Below the pieces are notes generated by a model. The model worked only from the letters and a program-made list of their open reading frames with translations. It was not told where the DNA came from and did not search any database. Shown one piece after another: positions 63,500-64,000 of a stretch of 64,000 nt of DNA; position 1 is the first letter of the stretch; each line of letters begins with the position of its first letter. The translations under genes and the position numbers were made by a program. Where the stretch lies: IMG/VR virus record IMGVR_UViG_3300023184_000026, positions 233,259 to 297,258 of that record, one strand, 5' to 3'.

Positions 63500-64000
63500 A
63501 TGTCCAAACTAGTAGGCAGACAACCAATAGAAGTAAAGTTAATTGACAAGGTACATGGATATGTACCAATATATGACAGCGCGTCTGGATATTGGACAAC
63601 AACCGACCTTTATGCTGCTATAACAAGCAGTGTGTCTTCCACCGCAAGTTTTGCAATCAGTGCTTCATATGCACTTACAGCAAGTTATGCATTGAGTTTT
63701 AGCGGAACAAGTGGAACATCTGGTACAAGTGGAACATCCGGTGCCAATGGATCGTCTGGCACAAGTGGAACCAGTGGCACAAGTGGTTCAAGCGGCACAG
63801 CGGGAACAAGTGGCTCTTCTGGTACATCAGGCACGTCTGGTATAGACGGCACAAGCGGTTCAAGTGGAACCAGTGGCACAAGTGGTTCAAGCGGCACAGC
63901 GGGAACAAGTGGCTCTTCTGGTACATCAGGCACGTCTGGTATAGACGGCACAAGCGGTTCAAGTGGAACCAGTGGCACAAGTGGTTCAAGCGGCACAGCG
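63500..64000 (+). CDS. Second Gly-Thr-Ser collagen-like fibre protein (5' part; runs off the window; absent from the ORF track)
   Basis: ATG 63500 MSKLVGRQ..ISASYALTASYALSFSGTSGTSG..; frame stays open to the window end; G-X-Y starts at 63704. Confidence 0.85.
   Translation, partial: MSKLVGRQPIEVKLIDKVHGYVPIYDSASGYWTTTDLYAAITSSVSSTASFAISASYALTASYALSFSGTSGTSGTSGTSGANGSSGTSGTSGTSGSSGTAGTSGSSGTSGTSGIDGTSGSSGTSGTSGSSGTAGTSGSSGTSGTSGIDGTSGSSGTSGTSGSSGTA
63764..64000 (+). repeat. Perfect 99-bp tandem repeat (33 codons)
   Basis: Identical units start at 63764, 63863 and 63962. Confidence 0.92.

Noticed and set aside
1-64000. Stop-codon reassignment as seen in some jumbo phages
   Set aside because: Code-11 ORFs tile the window densely and conserved genes are full length, with TGA used as a normal stop (e.g. 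3931, 14181)
1-64000. tRNA, rRNA or other structured ncRNA genes
   Set aside because: Intergenic gaps are short (up to about 145 nt) and AT-rich, and I saw no cloverleaf or T-loop motif; tRNAscan/Infernal would be needed to exclude them formally

Overview
AT-rich, gene-dense, almost entirely plus-strand segment of a large T4-architecture myovirus (jumbo-phage-like), read in standard code 11. In order: baseplate/tail genes (gp25, gp6 and several large Ser/Thr/Gly-rich proteins, ~0.2-14.2 kb); a DNA-metabolism block (RuvC-like resolvase, primase, a single-chain Mre11-Rad50/SbcD-SbcC fusion); a 1,306-aa protein carrying four nucleotidyl-transfer domains; a ~9.2-kb seven-gene glycosylation island that includes a TibC/Aah-type protein O-heptosyltransferase domain; the head module (terminase, portal, prohead protease, scaffold, major capsid protein, several small putative internal head proteins); a GIY-YIG endonuclease, a signal-peptide NucA-type nuclease and a GH24-like lysozyme; neck/tail-completion genes; and a fibre/tailspike cluster with proline-free Gly-Thr-Ser collagen-like repeats. 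Two candidate systems stand out. (1) A phage-encoded virion O-glycosylation system: the island, a strongly surface-biased [S/T]-G-S motif, a 31-aa Ser-rich cassette shared by two unrelated baseplate proteins, and Gly-Thr-Ser repeat fibres. (2) A set of putative capsid-packaged, protease-processed cargo proteins marked by a K-x-L-I-x-E leader, including the four-domain nucleotidyltransferase polyprotein and the lysozyme. All family calls come from motif recognition by eye; no database searches were run and counts are hand counts.
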